From Octopus vulgaris (lineage: Eukaryota): DNA of 64,000 nt. The stretch is from positions 121,520,001 to 121,584,000 of the forward strand of contig OX597818.1 of NCBI GenBank assembly GCA_951406725.2, given 5' to 3'. The notes beneath the pieces were generated by a model. The model had not been told where the DNA came from, did no database searches, and saw only the letters and a list, made by a program, of their open reading frames with translations. How positions within the stretch are numbered: the first letter of the stretch is position 1; each line of letters begins with the position of its first letter. The position numbers and the translations under genes were made by a program. Below are positions 1 through 11,704 of the stretch, piece by piece.

Positions 1-85
1 AAAACACTTATACAAACACACACAATTTACGTTGCTGTATCTGTCTGTATGTATGTATGTATGTGTGTTTGTCTGTGTGTGTGTT

Positions 86-116
<31 letters not shown>

Positions 117-524
117 CCGTATTAAGGCCCACCTCATTCCAGCATACGGAATTATCAAAATATATGTGATTGAATAAAAGAAGTGAAAAAAAAAAAAAAA
201 AAAAAAGGAAAAACTTATTTATATTCATATGCAGCCTTACAATTCATGTTCTCACGCCTTCAATCGCTGTATACACACAGTCACACACACACACACACAT
301 ATACATACCTACCTACATAGAATTATATACGCGCACACAACACACACAAATAAATAACTAAATAAATCTCTCCCTACACACACACACACACACATATATA
401 TATATTTATTTGTATATATGTATATATATATATATTTATTTACATATATGTGTACATATACATATATATGTATATATATATATATATATATATACATATA
501 TACATATACATATATACATATACA

Positions 525-557
<33 letters not shown>

Positions 558-558
558 G

Positions 559-610
<52 letters not shown>

Positions 611-1032
611 CATATATATAGTATGTGTGCATGGTGCGTGCGCGTGTGTGTAGCATAGTTGTTTATCTACACATTTGTATGTTTTGACTCCTCCCCCTTT
701 CAATTTCCAACTAATTCTATGCTTTCCCATTCATCACTTTTTTTGTTGTTGTACATTTCTCTAATTCTCCCTTGCCTCCTCCTCCTCCTCCCCTTCCTCC
801 CTCCCTCCCTCCCTCCTTCCCCTACATCGTCACTCTTATCTTCACGTTTCTCTCTCTCTCGCTCTCTCTCTCTTTCTCTTTCTTTGTCTTTCTTTCTTTC
901 TTTATTCCTTCCTTCCTTCCTTTCTTCCTCCTTCTCCTCCACTTTCTCTTTTCTAATCTTTCTATTTTCTTCATCGTAGTTGCTTTCCACCACCACCACC
1001 ACCACCACCACCACCCTCACTCATACACACAC

Positions 1033-1063
<31 letters not shown>

Positions 1064-1232
1064 CATACACACACACATACACACACACATACATACACAC
1101 ATACACACACACATACACACACACACACTCATATATATGTGTGTGTTAAAGAGAACAAAACGAGAAGATATAACGTGAATGGGAGGGGAACAGAGACGAC
1201 GAGTATATACATATAAACATACATAGATATCT

Positions 1233-1282
<50 letters not shown>

Positions 1283-1296
1283 GCACTCACAAAAAT

Positions 1297-1343
<47 letters not shown>

Positions 1344-1580
1344 ATATATATCTGTATATGTTTGTTGCTCCCTCCCACTCACTTTATATCTTCTCTCGTT
1401 TTGTTTTATTCTTTAACTTAGAAGCGTGCTGTAGGTTTGATTACACTTCCTTCTCCTTCTTTCCTTCTTTCTTTCTTTTCCTCGTTTATTTATTTATTTT
1501 ATTTATTTATTTATTTATTTTATTTATTTATTTTTATTTTATTTATTTTTATTTTATTTATTTTATTTTTATTTTTCCCT
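1..1580. repeat. Dense microsatellite cluster: (GT)n, (TA)n, (CA)n, (CCT/CT)n, (CAC)n, (TTTA)n
   Basis: Directly visible simple repeats; they explain the YIYI, HTHT and ERER low-complexity ORFs. Confidence 0.97.
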
Positions 1581-1648
1581 GCTGATTTCTTTCTTGCAAT
1601 AATACGTCGCTTTTTACCCTCGGCTTCCTCGGTTGTATATTAAATGAG

Positions 1649-1655
1649 TATATAA
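1649..1655 (+). promoter_or_regulatory. Candidate TATA box for the GST gene
   Basis: TATATAA in a unique, CpG-containing stretch ~435 bp upstream of the ATG. Motif only, no transcript evidence. Confidence 0.3.
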
Positions 1656-2090
1656 CCGCGCTGTTACTTGGCACTGAACACAGATCGCCGACAATCACGA
1701 CTGGAGAAATTAAAAAAAAAAAAGAATTTTCACTGGCGGGGGAGAGAGAGAGAGATAGATAGATAGAGCGAGAGAGAGAAAGAAAGAAAGAGAGAAGGAA
1801 AAAGTAAAGAAGAAGAGAAAGAGAGAGAGAGAGAAAAAAAAAGCTGAGCTCGTGCTTATACAGAAGCTGATGCACAAAGCAAAAAAAAAAGAAAAAAGAT
1901 CAAAAGAAAAAAAGTTTCTGCCAGCAATCCAACACTTTTCTAGGATATAGTAAATCTCAGTAGTAAACTAAGGAAAACATAAGATTCCGGGCAGAGGGCG
2001 AAATAGTAACACCAGGTACCTGGTTTGGGACGTTGACCTATATCAAACAGCACGCGCTTCCGAGGCCACAGCGTCGCAATTACTCTACAA

Positions 2091-2226
2091 ATGCCAACGT
2101 ACAAGCTTACCTATTTTAATGGCAAGGGACGTGCAGAACTTACTCGCCTACTGTTCACGGCAGCTGATGTCGAATTTACGGATCATCGTATTGATTATTA
2201 TACAGATTGGCCAGAAATAAAGCCGC
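2091..2226 (+). CDS. First coding exon of a sigma-class glutathione S-transferase (HPGDS/S-crystallin family)
   Basis: Translates MPTYKLTYFNGKGRAELTRLLFTAADVEFTDHRIDYYTDWPEIKP plus 1 nt, then a GTGAGT donor at 2227 (phase 1). Contains the catalytic Tyr, GRAE and DWPEIK G-site motifs. Upstream in-frame stops make this the first ATG. Confidence 0.95.
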
Positions 2227-2574
2227 GTGAGTAGAAAACTGTAATAATTTTTTTTTCTGTTAATCAATGTGTGTATACTACTATAAACTATTATTGCTAG
2301 GATAAATTCGAATATCTTTCAAATGATCACATTTGTATGTATGTATGTATGTCTATATATATTTATACGTATATATATATTTATCCATCTGAATATATCT
2401 GTGTATTTACAAATATAACTGCTACTGTATACGATAACTTTCGTGTTGATAAACTTTATTCAATCTTATAATCATGAAGTAACTTTCTTTCTTGCCGGCG
2501 TTTTTCCCCCCACATCGTTAATCAACGTTTTTTTTTCTAAGAAACAAACAAAAAATTGTGCTTTTGTTATTGTT

Positions 2575-3000
2575 GGGAGCGAAGCGGCAGAATCATTACC
2601 GCATTGGAAAAAATGCTTTATTATAGTATTTCTTCCTGCTTTATACTTTCTGAGTTCGAATTCCGCCGAGGGCAGCTTTGCTTTGCATTCTTTCGGCGTC
2701 GATAAAGTAAGTACCAGTTGAACACTAAGGGCTGTGTAATCGACAAGCCCACCCGCCCCTAAATTTATCAGGCCTTGTGCCTATAGGATAATTATAATTA
2801 CTATTCACCGCGAGCAATCAGAATCGCTAGAGCGACGAACAAATTACTTTTCTTTCGGTTCTTTACGTTCTAAGTTCAAATTCCGCCGAGGTCAGCCTTC
2901 CTTTACATTTTTTTTCAGAACTGACACAATAACTACCAGTTGAACACTGGAGTCCTTATAACTGACTTACCTACCCACTTCCGTGACCCCGTGCCAGAAT
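2575..3000 (+). mobile_element. Two degenerate tRNA-derived SINEs (Meta-domain-like family, older 'tail B' type)
   Basis: GAGTTCRAATTCCGCCGAGG B-box region, a CTTTCGGcGTCGATAAAgTAAGTACCAG core and a GGCCTTGTGCC tail. Confidence 0.75.
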
Positions 3001-3574
3001 CAAAATCATTATTATTATTACTATTATCCTTACATTGGGAAAAACCTGCATCTTCGTTTATTTGAATTTACTGGGAAATAGTATGAATAGTATGAACCTT
3101 TTCCTCATTTATTTTTAGTTTCTTCTCCTATAAAGCAAATAAGCTTAGCATTCATATATTTTCATTTCTAGTATGTTTTCAAATTAAAAATCTCAATGTT
3201 TCAGGCCATTTATAGCTGCGGTCTCCAATTATATATATTTTCCCAAAGTTATTCTCGGCATGCCTAAAGTCTTCGCATGTTTATTTTGCTGTATTTATTT
3301 TTAATCAACAGTATCTTGGCCTCTTTCATCCTCCACTCCCTCGGCATGTTTTGAGCTTTCCAATGACTATCCCCACCCTCGTTACTTCAACCAGTCGGAA
3401 TAAGTAGCAAACTCAATCCTGTCAGCCGGAACACGTGTTCTTGGCTTTGAATATATAACAGCAGCTGTAACGCCGTAGAGAGAGTTATTACGGCTTTTTT
3501 TGCTTAGCCAAACTCGTCACTTATAACCTTCGGCTTTTTTTTTTATATATTGTTGTTATTATAAGTTTACGATA

Positions 3575-3930
3575 GGTGCAGACGTGGCTGTGTGGGTAAG
3601 AAGCTTGTTCCCAGCCATATGGTCTTGGGTTCGGTCCCACCTCGGGCGAGTGTGTTTTGCTACAGCCCTGGACCGAACAAAGCCTTGTGAGTGAATTTAG
3701 GAGACGGAAGATGAAAGAAGCCGGTTGTGTATGTGTGCGTGTCCTACAACCGCTTGACAACCGGCGCAGGTTTGTTTACATTCATGTAACGTAGTAGTTC
3801 AGTAAAAAAAGATCGATAGAATAAATACCGGATTTTTAAAAAAAAGGGACTGGGGCCGGTAAGTTCGATTAAAACCCATCGATGCGCTGCCCCAGCATTG
3901 CCGCAGTCCAATGACTGACCCAGAAAGTGA
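3575..3930 (+). mobile_element. OK-like SINE with internal microsatellite
   Basis: GTGGCTGTGTGGgTAAG head, AAGCCTTGTGAGTGAATTT body and CCCCAGCATTGCCGCAGTCCAATGACTGA tail, shared with many copies in the window. Confidence 0.8.
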
Positions 3931-4334
3931 AACGATAACTTTTGTAATAGCAAGAGAAATTATCAACAAAATTTCTCAAAATAACGGTTTCATTAGTGAG
4001 CAATTTTAGATTATTTTATAACTAATAATTTGCATGTGTGTCATTTAGCATTTTAAATCATTTTATAACTAATTTACATGTCTGTAATTTGCATGTCTTT
4101 TAATCCCCTTCGGATTTTCACCTGACCTGATAACGATGACGTATAAATTATTAAACGACACAAAATTATCACAACTAAACACACCTTCGCATTTCCCTCC
4201 TTGTCAACGCGGCAAATACGAAAATTGTTTTCTGACAAACTGAAAGCCTCTTCTCATTTAAACTTCCCTCTTCTCCGTTTAAACTTCCTTTCTTGACCTG
4301 TAACTTCCTCTGTTTTCTGTGTTTTTTTCTTTGT

Positions 4335-4720
4335 TTTATTTCTTACCTCTTGTTTGAGTCATTGGATTGCGGTCATGCTGGAGCACCGTCATAAAGGTTT
4401 TTAGCTGAGCAAATTGACTTCAGTTGTTAATTTCTATGTCTGATATGTATTCTATCAGTTTCTTGCTAAACTGCAAAATTTACGGGGATGTAAACAAACC
4501 AACACCGGTGGGCGATAAACATAACACACATACAGACAGTGACATATTCATCCGAGGGACTTCCACACAAACTGGGTCTACCAAATCCGCGCACAAAACT
4601 TTTGGTTGGTCTGAGGCTAAACTAGAAGGCAATTGCCCAAGGTGCCACGCAGTGGAACTGAACCTGAGACTACACCATTGGAAAGCAAGCTTCTCTACCC
4701 TGCACTCACGTCTACATCTA
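4335..4720 (-). mobile_element. OK-like SINE
   Basis: Reverse-complement match to the copy at 35835-36205. Confidence 0.75.
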
Positions 4721-4994
4721 TACCGTTGGAGCCGCTAATTTAAACGGCTTTCTCTTCATTCACTGAAGTATTTCTTTTGTTAGATAAACTGTCACATAAC
4801 TAAGTTCTGCCGGGGCTAATGCAGATTCGTAAAAGTTTATTCGGATTCCTAGGTTTTACATGTCGGAGATTAAAAATACACAAAAAAAATTAGTTTTACT
4901 CCCTCCCATACTCTCCACATCCACAATGTTAAATGTATTGTTGTATATTAAAGTGTGGAAATTTCTATTTCTTTACTACCCACAAGGGGCTATG

Positions 4995-7009
4995 ATTTTA
5001 CATGAAATAGTAATATAGAAATTACATAAAATACTTAAAAAATCGAATGAAATTAACAATACAGAGACAACACAAATATAGTAATGATCAGGCCACGCTT
5101 CGACCCCACAAGCCCCGATCTACCGCTGGTACCTTTTTTTTGTTCTTCTTTTATAGCCTATTGACACGGTTCCTTGCACGCACAACACTCGTGCAACATG
5201 CTCCCATCTCTTTTTGAACATACTCTCCGACAGGCACCTCTTCTCCAACCACACCTCCCTTTTCAAATGAAAAGTGAAATTTGATCGTAAATTGTGGCCG
5301 GAGATAAAGTTGCCTGTCTTAATCCCTTTTATCCTAGTCTTCCATACTGCCTCTTTCGCTATTGCTACAACCGTGAGAAATCAATTCTTACCTTCGTTTG
5401 TTAAAACTCCCGGTGGGTCAATTTTTATCATTGATTCAGTCAACAGCCGAGCTCTTCCTTCGCCGGACAACATGTGTTCAGCATAAACCCGCATTTCAGA
5501 TATCTGCGGACACTGGGCAATAGTGTGAGGGACGGTTTCCCTGTCTCCCCCGCACCTTGGACAGGCCGGACACTGACGCTTACCGTGTCTTGCGAGCTTA
5601 TCCCAAACGGGCAAGGCACCTCTGTAACATTGCCAGGTCAAAGTATTTTGGAAGTTGTCCAACATTCTCAACCCGAATGTACGACGGAACAGAGTCGTCC
5701 TCAGGCCATCGTCACATTCAGACTCTACCAACCCACTATATAAAATTCGTGTAGAACCCCCATCGCTGGCGTTGCCCGAGCGCCGGAATAGCAGGGGAGG
5801 GGGCCTTACGGCATTCTTAATGCCATTCACTCGACCTCGGTCTACGAAAACACCAGGCTTCCTGTTCGCAAAAACTTTGAACTCTGGAAACATTTGTCTG
5901 GCCAGCGGAGACCACACTCGCTCACCATCCAGGAGAATCCAGAGATGCCTCAACGCATGCCTGTGCATCATTAACCAAGGCATCCCTAACCCTCCTTTTA
6001 ACGGCTTTTGACAAGAGATAGGGCGTTTCACAAGTGGCGACCTGCCCTTCCACAAAAAGCGGAAGAGCTGTCTCTCCAACCTGATCAACCACGAATCCGG
6101 ACAGGGCACAACGGTCAGATGGTAGGTAATGACCGATGCGATAAACACATTGGCCACCTCCGCCCTCCCTTTCAGGATAGCCACCGCCAAGACTAGGTCT
6201 TGACTACTGCAGCCACCCTGTTCAAAACCTCCGCCCAGTTCTCTATCTGGAGGCCTGGTCCACACCAAACTCCCAGCAAGTTAACCGGTCCCTCTGTCCA
6301 GCGCCCAACAACGCTATCTGAAGACATCGACTTGCCGAGCTGTAAGCCGACTAACTTTTCCCGGTTAATCTTTGCTCCTGCCACCGTCTCGTAAACCTCA
6401 ATAGTCTTACCCACTTCACGTAGGCGTGCTACTATGTTTACGCTGATAGTGATATCGTCCACGTAAGCACAAACTCCCCTAAACCTGGTTCTCTCGGGAT
6501 GTCACAAAACCTTCGCAGCAGGGGCTCAAGGACCACCACATACAAAAGTGGTGAGAGCGGATATCCTTGACGAACTGAGAACCTGATGCAGAACGGCTTC
6601 GAAACGTTCACCCGAACTATCGAGTCAATGTTGTGGTACAAAGCGATAAACCACCTAAGGAAGCCAAGGCCTATGCCGAACCGTGCAAGCACAGTCGCCA
6701 GGTATCAATGGTCAACCCTATCAAAAGCTTTAGACTGGTCAGCTCGTATGGAAGACCATCAAGTCCCGGCGACTTACTTGCTTTATAGTCGGCCATAGCC
6801 TTCATCACCCCCACAGGCGTTATCGGCCCTTCTCAAGACTTCGCATCCGACCCCGAGAGGTACGGCAGCTCGGCAAGAAAGTCCTCAAGGTCTCCCCCAC
6901 CATCAGGACCATCATCACCTCCGAATAGCAGGGCGAAGTACTTCCGAAAGGCCTCACGCATTTCCTCGGGTTCGTTTACCAAGACACCATTTTGATTCGT
7001 CAAAGACCG

Positions 7010-7012
<3 letters not shown>
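4995..7012 (-). mobile_element. 5'-truncated, frameshifted L1/Tx1-clade LINE (RT plus C-terminal zinc finger)
   Basis: DQSKAFDRVDH, VRQGYPLSPLLY, YVDDITI, GAKINREK, KGGLGMP and CPRCGGDRETVPHTIAQC motifs across ORFs 5381-6268, 6193-6462 and 6438-6692; internal deletion near 6740. Confidence 0.92.
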
Positions 7013-7047
<35 letters not shown>

Positions 7048-7814
7048 TGGGATTCCTCACAATTTCCGTCAATCAAATTTACACACAATTATTGGTCGGT
7101 TCAGGTTTATAGTAGGAAGCACTTGCTTAAGTTGCCGCGCAGTGGGTCTGAGATGCACAATCATGCGTGCGTTACTTCTCTCTCTCTCTCCCCCCCTCTC
7201 TCTCTCTCTCTCCCCCCCTCTCTCTCTCTCTCCCTGTCGTGTGATTTGTTTTTGTTCTGAACCTTTTGCTATTCATTTTCTGGTGAAATGAAAATTATGC
7301 AAAAATACCATTTTTCTGATTTTATGTGTTTTGCTCCTAACAACGCCGTAATTAGAAAAATAACGTACTGAAAAATTAATCGAGATCTCTCCTAAATCTA
7401 AGGAAACCTCGTAATTTCAACTTGTTAAACTCAAGCCTCAAACTTTTCGACTGCGTCTCTTTCCCTTTATTTGTATGTTACTAACTCCTATAAGGAGGTC
7501 CCCTCCCCCAATTCGCCAAAGTAAATTAAACCTTGGTCAGGAGGAACCGATGTTATCAGATGGTATCCAGTGTTCATCGTGTGTTTCGACCCTGAACCGT
7601 AACACCCTGAACCGTTGGTGGGTCAGCAGAGGTGGTCAAGTGACTACTTCTCATCTTCTCCTGTCCCATTTAAATTTCAGTTAAGAAATTACTAATTGAA
7701 CAAATATAAACCAATTTCAAATTCTTGAGCTTCGTGTGTGCAAGATAAAGTTTCGGGAATCCAATGACTCGTGTTTTGGAGACAGGAATCAGTAACGTAA
7801 TGTGCTTATCATCT

Positions 7815-8327
7815 TTCTTCTTTTACTTGTCTCAGTCATCTGACTATGGCCATGCTGGAGCACCGTCTTGAAAAGTTTGACACAAGTACGTCTTTTTAAA
7901 TCTGGTATGCATTCTATCGGTTTGTTTAGCGAACCGCTATGTTACGGAGGTGTAAACAAACCAACGCTGATAGTCAAGCGATGGCCACACATATACATGT
8001 GTGTGTGTATGTGTATAATATTTAGAGTACTGACCACTAAATGTGGACAGCCTGTATGCTAGATATAGACGTCAAAATCGCCATTTTCCACGAAGAATGT
8101 ATTCTCAAGAAAAATTTCAGCAAAAAACCAAAGTATAAAAATAAGCAAGACAAATGAAAATATACGAAATAAAAAACGATTACCTATGTACTAATTAGTT
8201 TCACTTGTTAATATTTACGTATATGGATACGTAAACATCTGCAAGATCATCAGCATAGTCTGTCGTTTACAAAACACAATTTCTAGAACTAGATATAGAA
8301 CGCTCGACCTACAGTATATAGGTGTAT

Positions 8328-8364
<37 letters not shown>

Positions 8365-8555
8365 CGTGTGTGTGTATAATATATATATATATATGTATAT
8401 GATGGGCTTCTACACAGTTTTCCTTGTACCAGATTCACTCACAGGCCATTGCTCAGCCCCAAACTGCAGTAAAGGATGCTTGTGTAGGGTGCTGCGCAGG
8501 GGAGTGCACCAGAATCTACTTGGCTGTAGAGCGAGCTTCTTAACCACAAAGCCCT
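7815..8555 (-). mobile_element. OK-like SINE interrupted in its microsatellite by a ~295-bp insert
   Basis: Tail at 7815-7985, (TG/TA)n on both sides of 8022-8315, and 5' half at 8400-8555. Confidence 0.75.
8184..8258 (-). ncRNA. Type I hammerhead ribozyme (Penelope/retrozyme-like)
   Basis: Minus strand reads CUAUG-CUGAUGA-[stem II: CUUG..AUGUUUACGUAU / AUACGUAAAUAU..CAAG]-GAA-ACU-AAUU-AGU-A^CAUAG. Stem I is CUAUG/CAUAG, the core is intact, stem III is palindromic and the cleavage triplet is GUA. Confidence 0.8.
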
Positions 8556-8691
8556 AACTGACCATAAATACGTAATACTTTCATCAACTTTGTCATAGAT
8601 GATATTGTGTATTTGGCCAGACCCTTCAAATACCTGTTGGATCCATTTCGTCTTTCGTAGATACTAATAATACGTGCTTTAATGTTTCGTA

Positions 8692-9075
8692 GTGGAGGCG
8701 CAATGGCCCAATGGTTAGGACAGCGGAGTCGCAGTTGTAGGATCGCGATTTCAGTTCCCAGACCGGGCATTGTGGGTATTTGAGCGAAAACACCTAAAGC
8801 TTCACGTGGCTCCAGCAGCAGGGGGTGTTGGCGAACCCTGCTGCACACTTTCACCGCCACTTTCTCTCACTCTTTCTTTCCAATTTCTGTTGTACCTGTA
8901 TGTCAAAGCTCCAGCTTTGTCACACTCTGTGTCACTCTGAATCTCCCCCTAGAACTACGTTAAGGGTATACGTGTCTGTGGAGTGCTCAGCCATTTACAC
9001 GGTAATTTCACGAGCAGGCTTTTCCGTTGATCGGATCAACTGGAACTCTCATCGTCGTAACCGACGGAGCGCCAC
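8692..9075 (+). mobile_element. OR1-like tRNA-derived SINE (body X, tail 1)
   Basis: GTGGAGGCGCAATGGCCCAaTGGTTAGG tRNA head; collinear with 24815-25203. Confidence 0.85.
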
Positions 9076-9155
9076 GAATGTATAATAGATTAATGCAGTG
9101 AAGGTATTTTGCAAGATCTAATGAAGTCGTATCCTAAATAGCTGGTGTTATTTAA

Positions 9156-9362
9156 CTCTTAGCCTGTCCTTTGTATGGCATATGACTTGATATCACATAT
9201 TTCTCAGGCGTCCATGCATCCTATATGGTAAACATACCTAATATTTTTCAACCTTCAGCTTTATCTTACTCAGAATGTACGAAACATGGGCTAACTTATA
9301 GTCTGAAAACGAGCTTGGATATTTAGGATAAATTTGTGAAACTGCTTTGGACTGGCAAAGGG
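9156..9362. mobile_element. piggyBac-like MITE
   Basis: TTAA at 9152-9155 and 9363-9366; imperfect TIRs CTCTTAGCCTGTCC / GGACTGGCAAAGGG. Related pieces at ~23590-23808 and ~33750-33930. Confidence 0.65.
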
Positions 9363-9574
9363 TTAATACGTGATCTTCTGTGAAAGGAAACGAGAGATGA
9401 ATTGGTGCAGCATGATAATGGAGATGAAGAACTTCGGTTATAGCCTGGAAATATGAAATCTGGTGTTTAAGAAAAATGAGAATTCACTTTTATGGTGATC
9501 AACGAGAAATTTGCGAAACAACTGGTAGGTTTTAGATGATTAGCGATAAGGTTTATGAAAAGATTAACAACTTG

Positions 9575-9840
9575 AATACAAAGTATCGAGATCTGAGATT
9601 GAACTCTCTTCGAACCTGTGGCATTTGAGACTTTCGGAGGGACTGGACTACTAACCGCGAAGTTCTTGTCAACGTTGGCAGCTCACCTCAGCGAGTTGTC
9701 AGGTGATGCCCGTAAGGGCGCTTGGCTTTCCCAAAGCCTTAGCCTCGCCATCATTCGTGGTAATGTTGCGAGCGTGCTGGCTTGCTTCAGCAGATTCCGT
9801 TAAACCTTGTGATGTGCGACCAGGTGCTGTGATAACAAAT
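9575..9840 (+). mobile_element. 3' fragment of a CRE-clade non-LTR retrotransposon
   Basis: KYRDL..FEPVAFETFGGTG...SGDARKGAWLSQSLSLAIIRGNVASVL matches the typical CRE C-terminus (QRLSLAIQRGNAASVL). Confidence 0.8.
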
Positions 9841-10266
9841 CCCCACAGATGGTTTCAATGCAGTTTTAACAAAGATTTGAAAGAATTAGATGATCAATGG
9901 TTATGTTAATTAAAAAATTTGCCAGCAAAATCATATAAAATGACAATGTACAAAAAGATGTACGTATTTATAAAAAAAGCTTCGGAAAACAGAAGAAAAA
10001 AATAGAATCTAGACAGAAGTGAACTTATCATAAAACCATAAAGCAGAGATCAGTTCCACAAGGCGGATACTGTTATATTTAAGCAGATTTGGTTGTGATT
10101 TTCAGGAAAGGTTACAAATGATAGTAACTAATAAAGAGACGACCTATGTCTCATTTACTTTAAGAATGTTACGTATAAGTATAAGATTTATTCCTTTGGA
10201 TATCCTCTTAGCTGTCGTGACATTTTGAAAGACAAATCCTGTCTGATTCTTGGTGAGAGCTGATTA

Positions 10267-10310
<44 letters not shown>

Positions 10311-10859
10311 CTGGTCAATTAACGGTCTGAAGCTGTCATCTGACCTCCAAGTTGATGCGGCATTTCAGAAACTAAACAAACAATTTATTTTCCTTGCAGA
10401 GGTCTTATATCACATTTAATATTTCTTTGTTTAATATCAACCATTAATAACGGTTTAATGACTGATATTAAGCACAATGAATCCTTATTTGCTGTGATGT
10501 TCCTGATGGCTCAATATCTTACCAATTCTTTCTTTATCCCACATCTGGCACAGTCTGTCGCTGGAGTGCCATTCTAGACCAGTGGTCCTCAGCCAGGGTC
10601 TAAAAATTATCTTCATTAAATTGGTTATAATTCTACAATGCACAAAATATTTTAAACAATTGTTTATATAAATCAAGGCGGTGCCCCAGCCTTGCCACAG
10701 TCTAATGACTGAATCAAATAAAAGATATAAGAAAATCATAATAATATTTAATGATAAGAATATGATAGGATTTTTGCTAAGCCCTCTAATTTCCATTGGA
10801 AAAAAAACAGAAGCCAAGAGGTTTAGATACAAAACAAAATGGTTGAAAACCAGTGTTCT

Positions 10860-11215
10860 AGACGCTCTGATAGTCAGTAGTCGCACCGATTCCTGTTCTT
10901 AGCCTCTCGTAGAAGAGCTGCAATATTGAGCTCTGTCCAGTCTTTGAGTTGCGTTCACCTGTAATTGTGTTCTGTAGAATGGTTTTGAACAAAGAGTTGT
11001 GTTAGGATACATGTCCTTACCAGGCCGTGCATACCTGTAGTTAGGAATGGTTCGTGTTTGCCAACATATTATACGACTTTTTCCTGACAAAGCTGTTTAC
11101 CTTCTGCTCGAACGGTCAGATTCTACGTTCTGTCTCGACAGTTGGCGTCCAACTTTCACACCCAAACAAAGCGATCGAAGTTATCAGGGACTTGAACAAT
11201 TGGAGTTTTTTAGTA
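10860..11215 (-). mobile_element. RTE-clade LINE 3' fragment
   Basis: KLQLFKSLITSIALFGCESWT, GHVS*HNSLFKTILQ and KDWTELNIAALLREAKNR in shifted frames. Confidence 0.8.
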
Positions 11216-11369
11216 AACATTCTGACAATTAAGTTGTTTATGAAAATTGATAATTACTTAAACACTCAGTTCATAAGAATTTGAAAATTCCGGAAGACGT
11301 GGAATAATTCGATTTTAACTGTTTCATTCTAAGTAGAAAAGCTACAAAATATAGGTTTTAAATTATGAC

Positions 11370-11580
11370 ACAAAGCCAGTAATTTCGACGGGTGGGGTGG
11401 TTGTAGTAAATAGAACACATCATCGACCCCCAGTGCTCAACCGGTACTTATTTAATCAACTCCGAACGGATGCGAGGCGAAGTTGACTTCGGCGGAGTTT
11501 GAGCTCGGAGAGTAAAAACAGATAAAATTCTGCATTGCATTTTGTCCGGCGTGCTAACAATTCCGCCAGCTCGCCGGTCT
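11370..11580 (-). mobile_element. Meta-domain-like SINE, tail B
   Basis: Reverse complement of the GGCGAGCTGGC head and the core. Confidence 0.75.
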
Positions 11581-11590
11581 GAGATAGGTT

Positions 11591-11704
11591 GTAAATAACA
11601 GCGTGTAAATATTTAGTTTTAAAATGCTTTTGGTCGAAAGAGGTAACCTTCCACTTTTTCTCTCCAAAGGGATTTTCATCTTAATATTTACACGCTGTTA
11701 TTTC
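11591..11704. mobile_element. Mini inverted-repeat element
   Basis: Perfect 21-bp IR AAATAACAGCGTGTAAATATT (11593-11613 / 11683-11703), flanked by TAGGTT direct repeats. Confidence 0.6.

Noticed and set aside
170-1875. Many overlapping ORFs of 60-135 aa
   Set aside because: They are translations of microsatellites with no domain content.
5381-6268. Longest ORF (295 aa) as a host gene
   Set aside because: It is part of the frameshifted L1/Tx1 ORF2.
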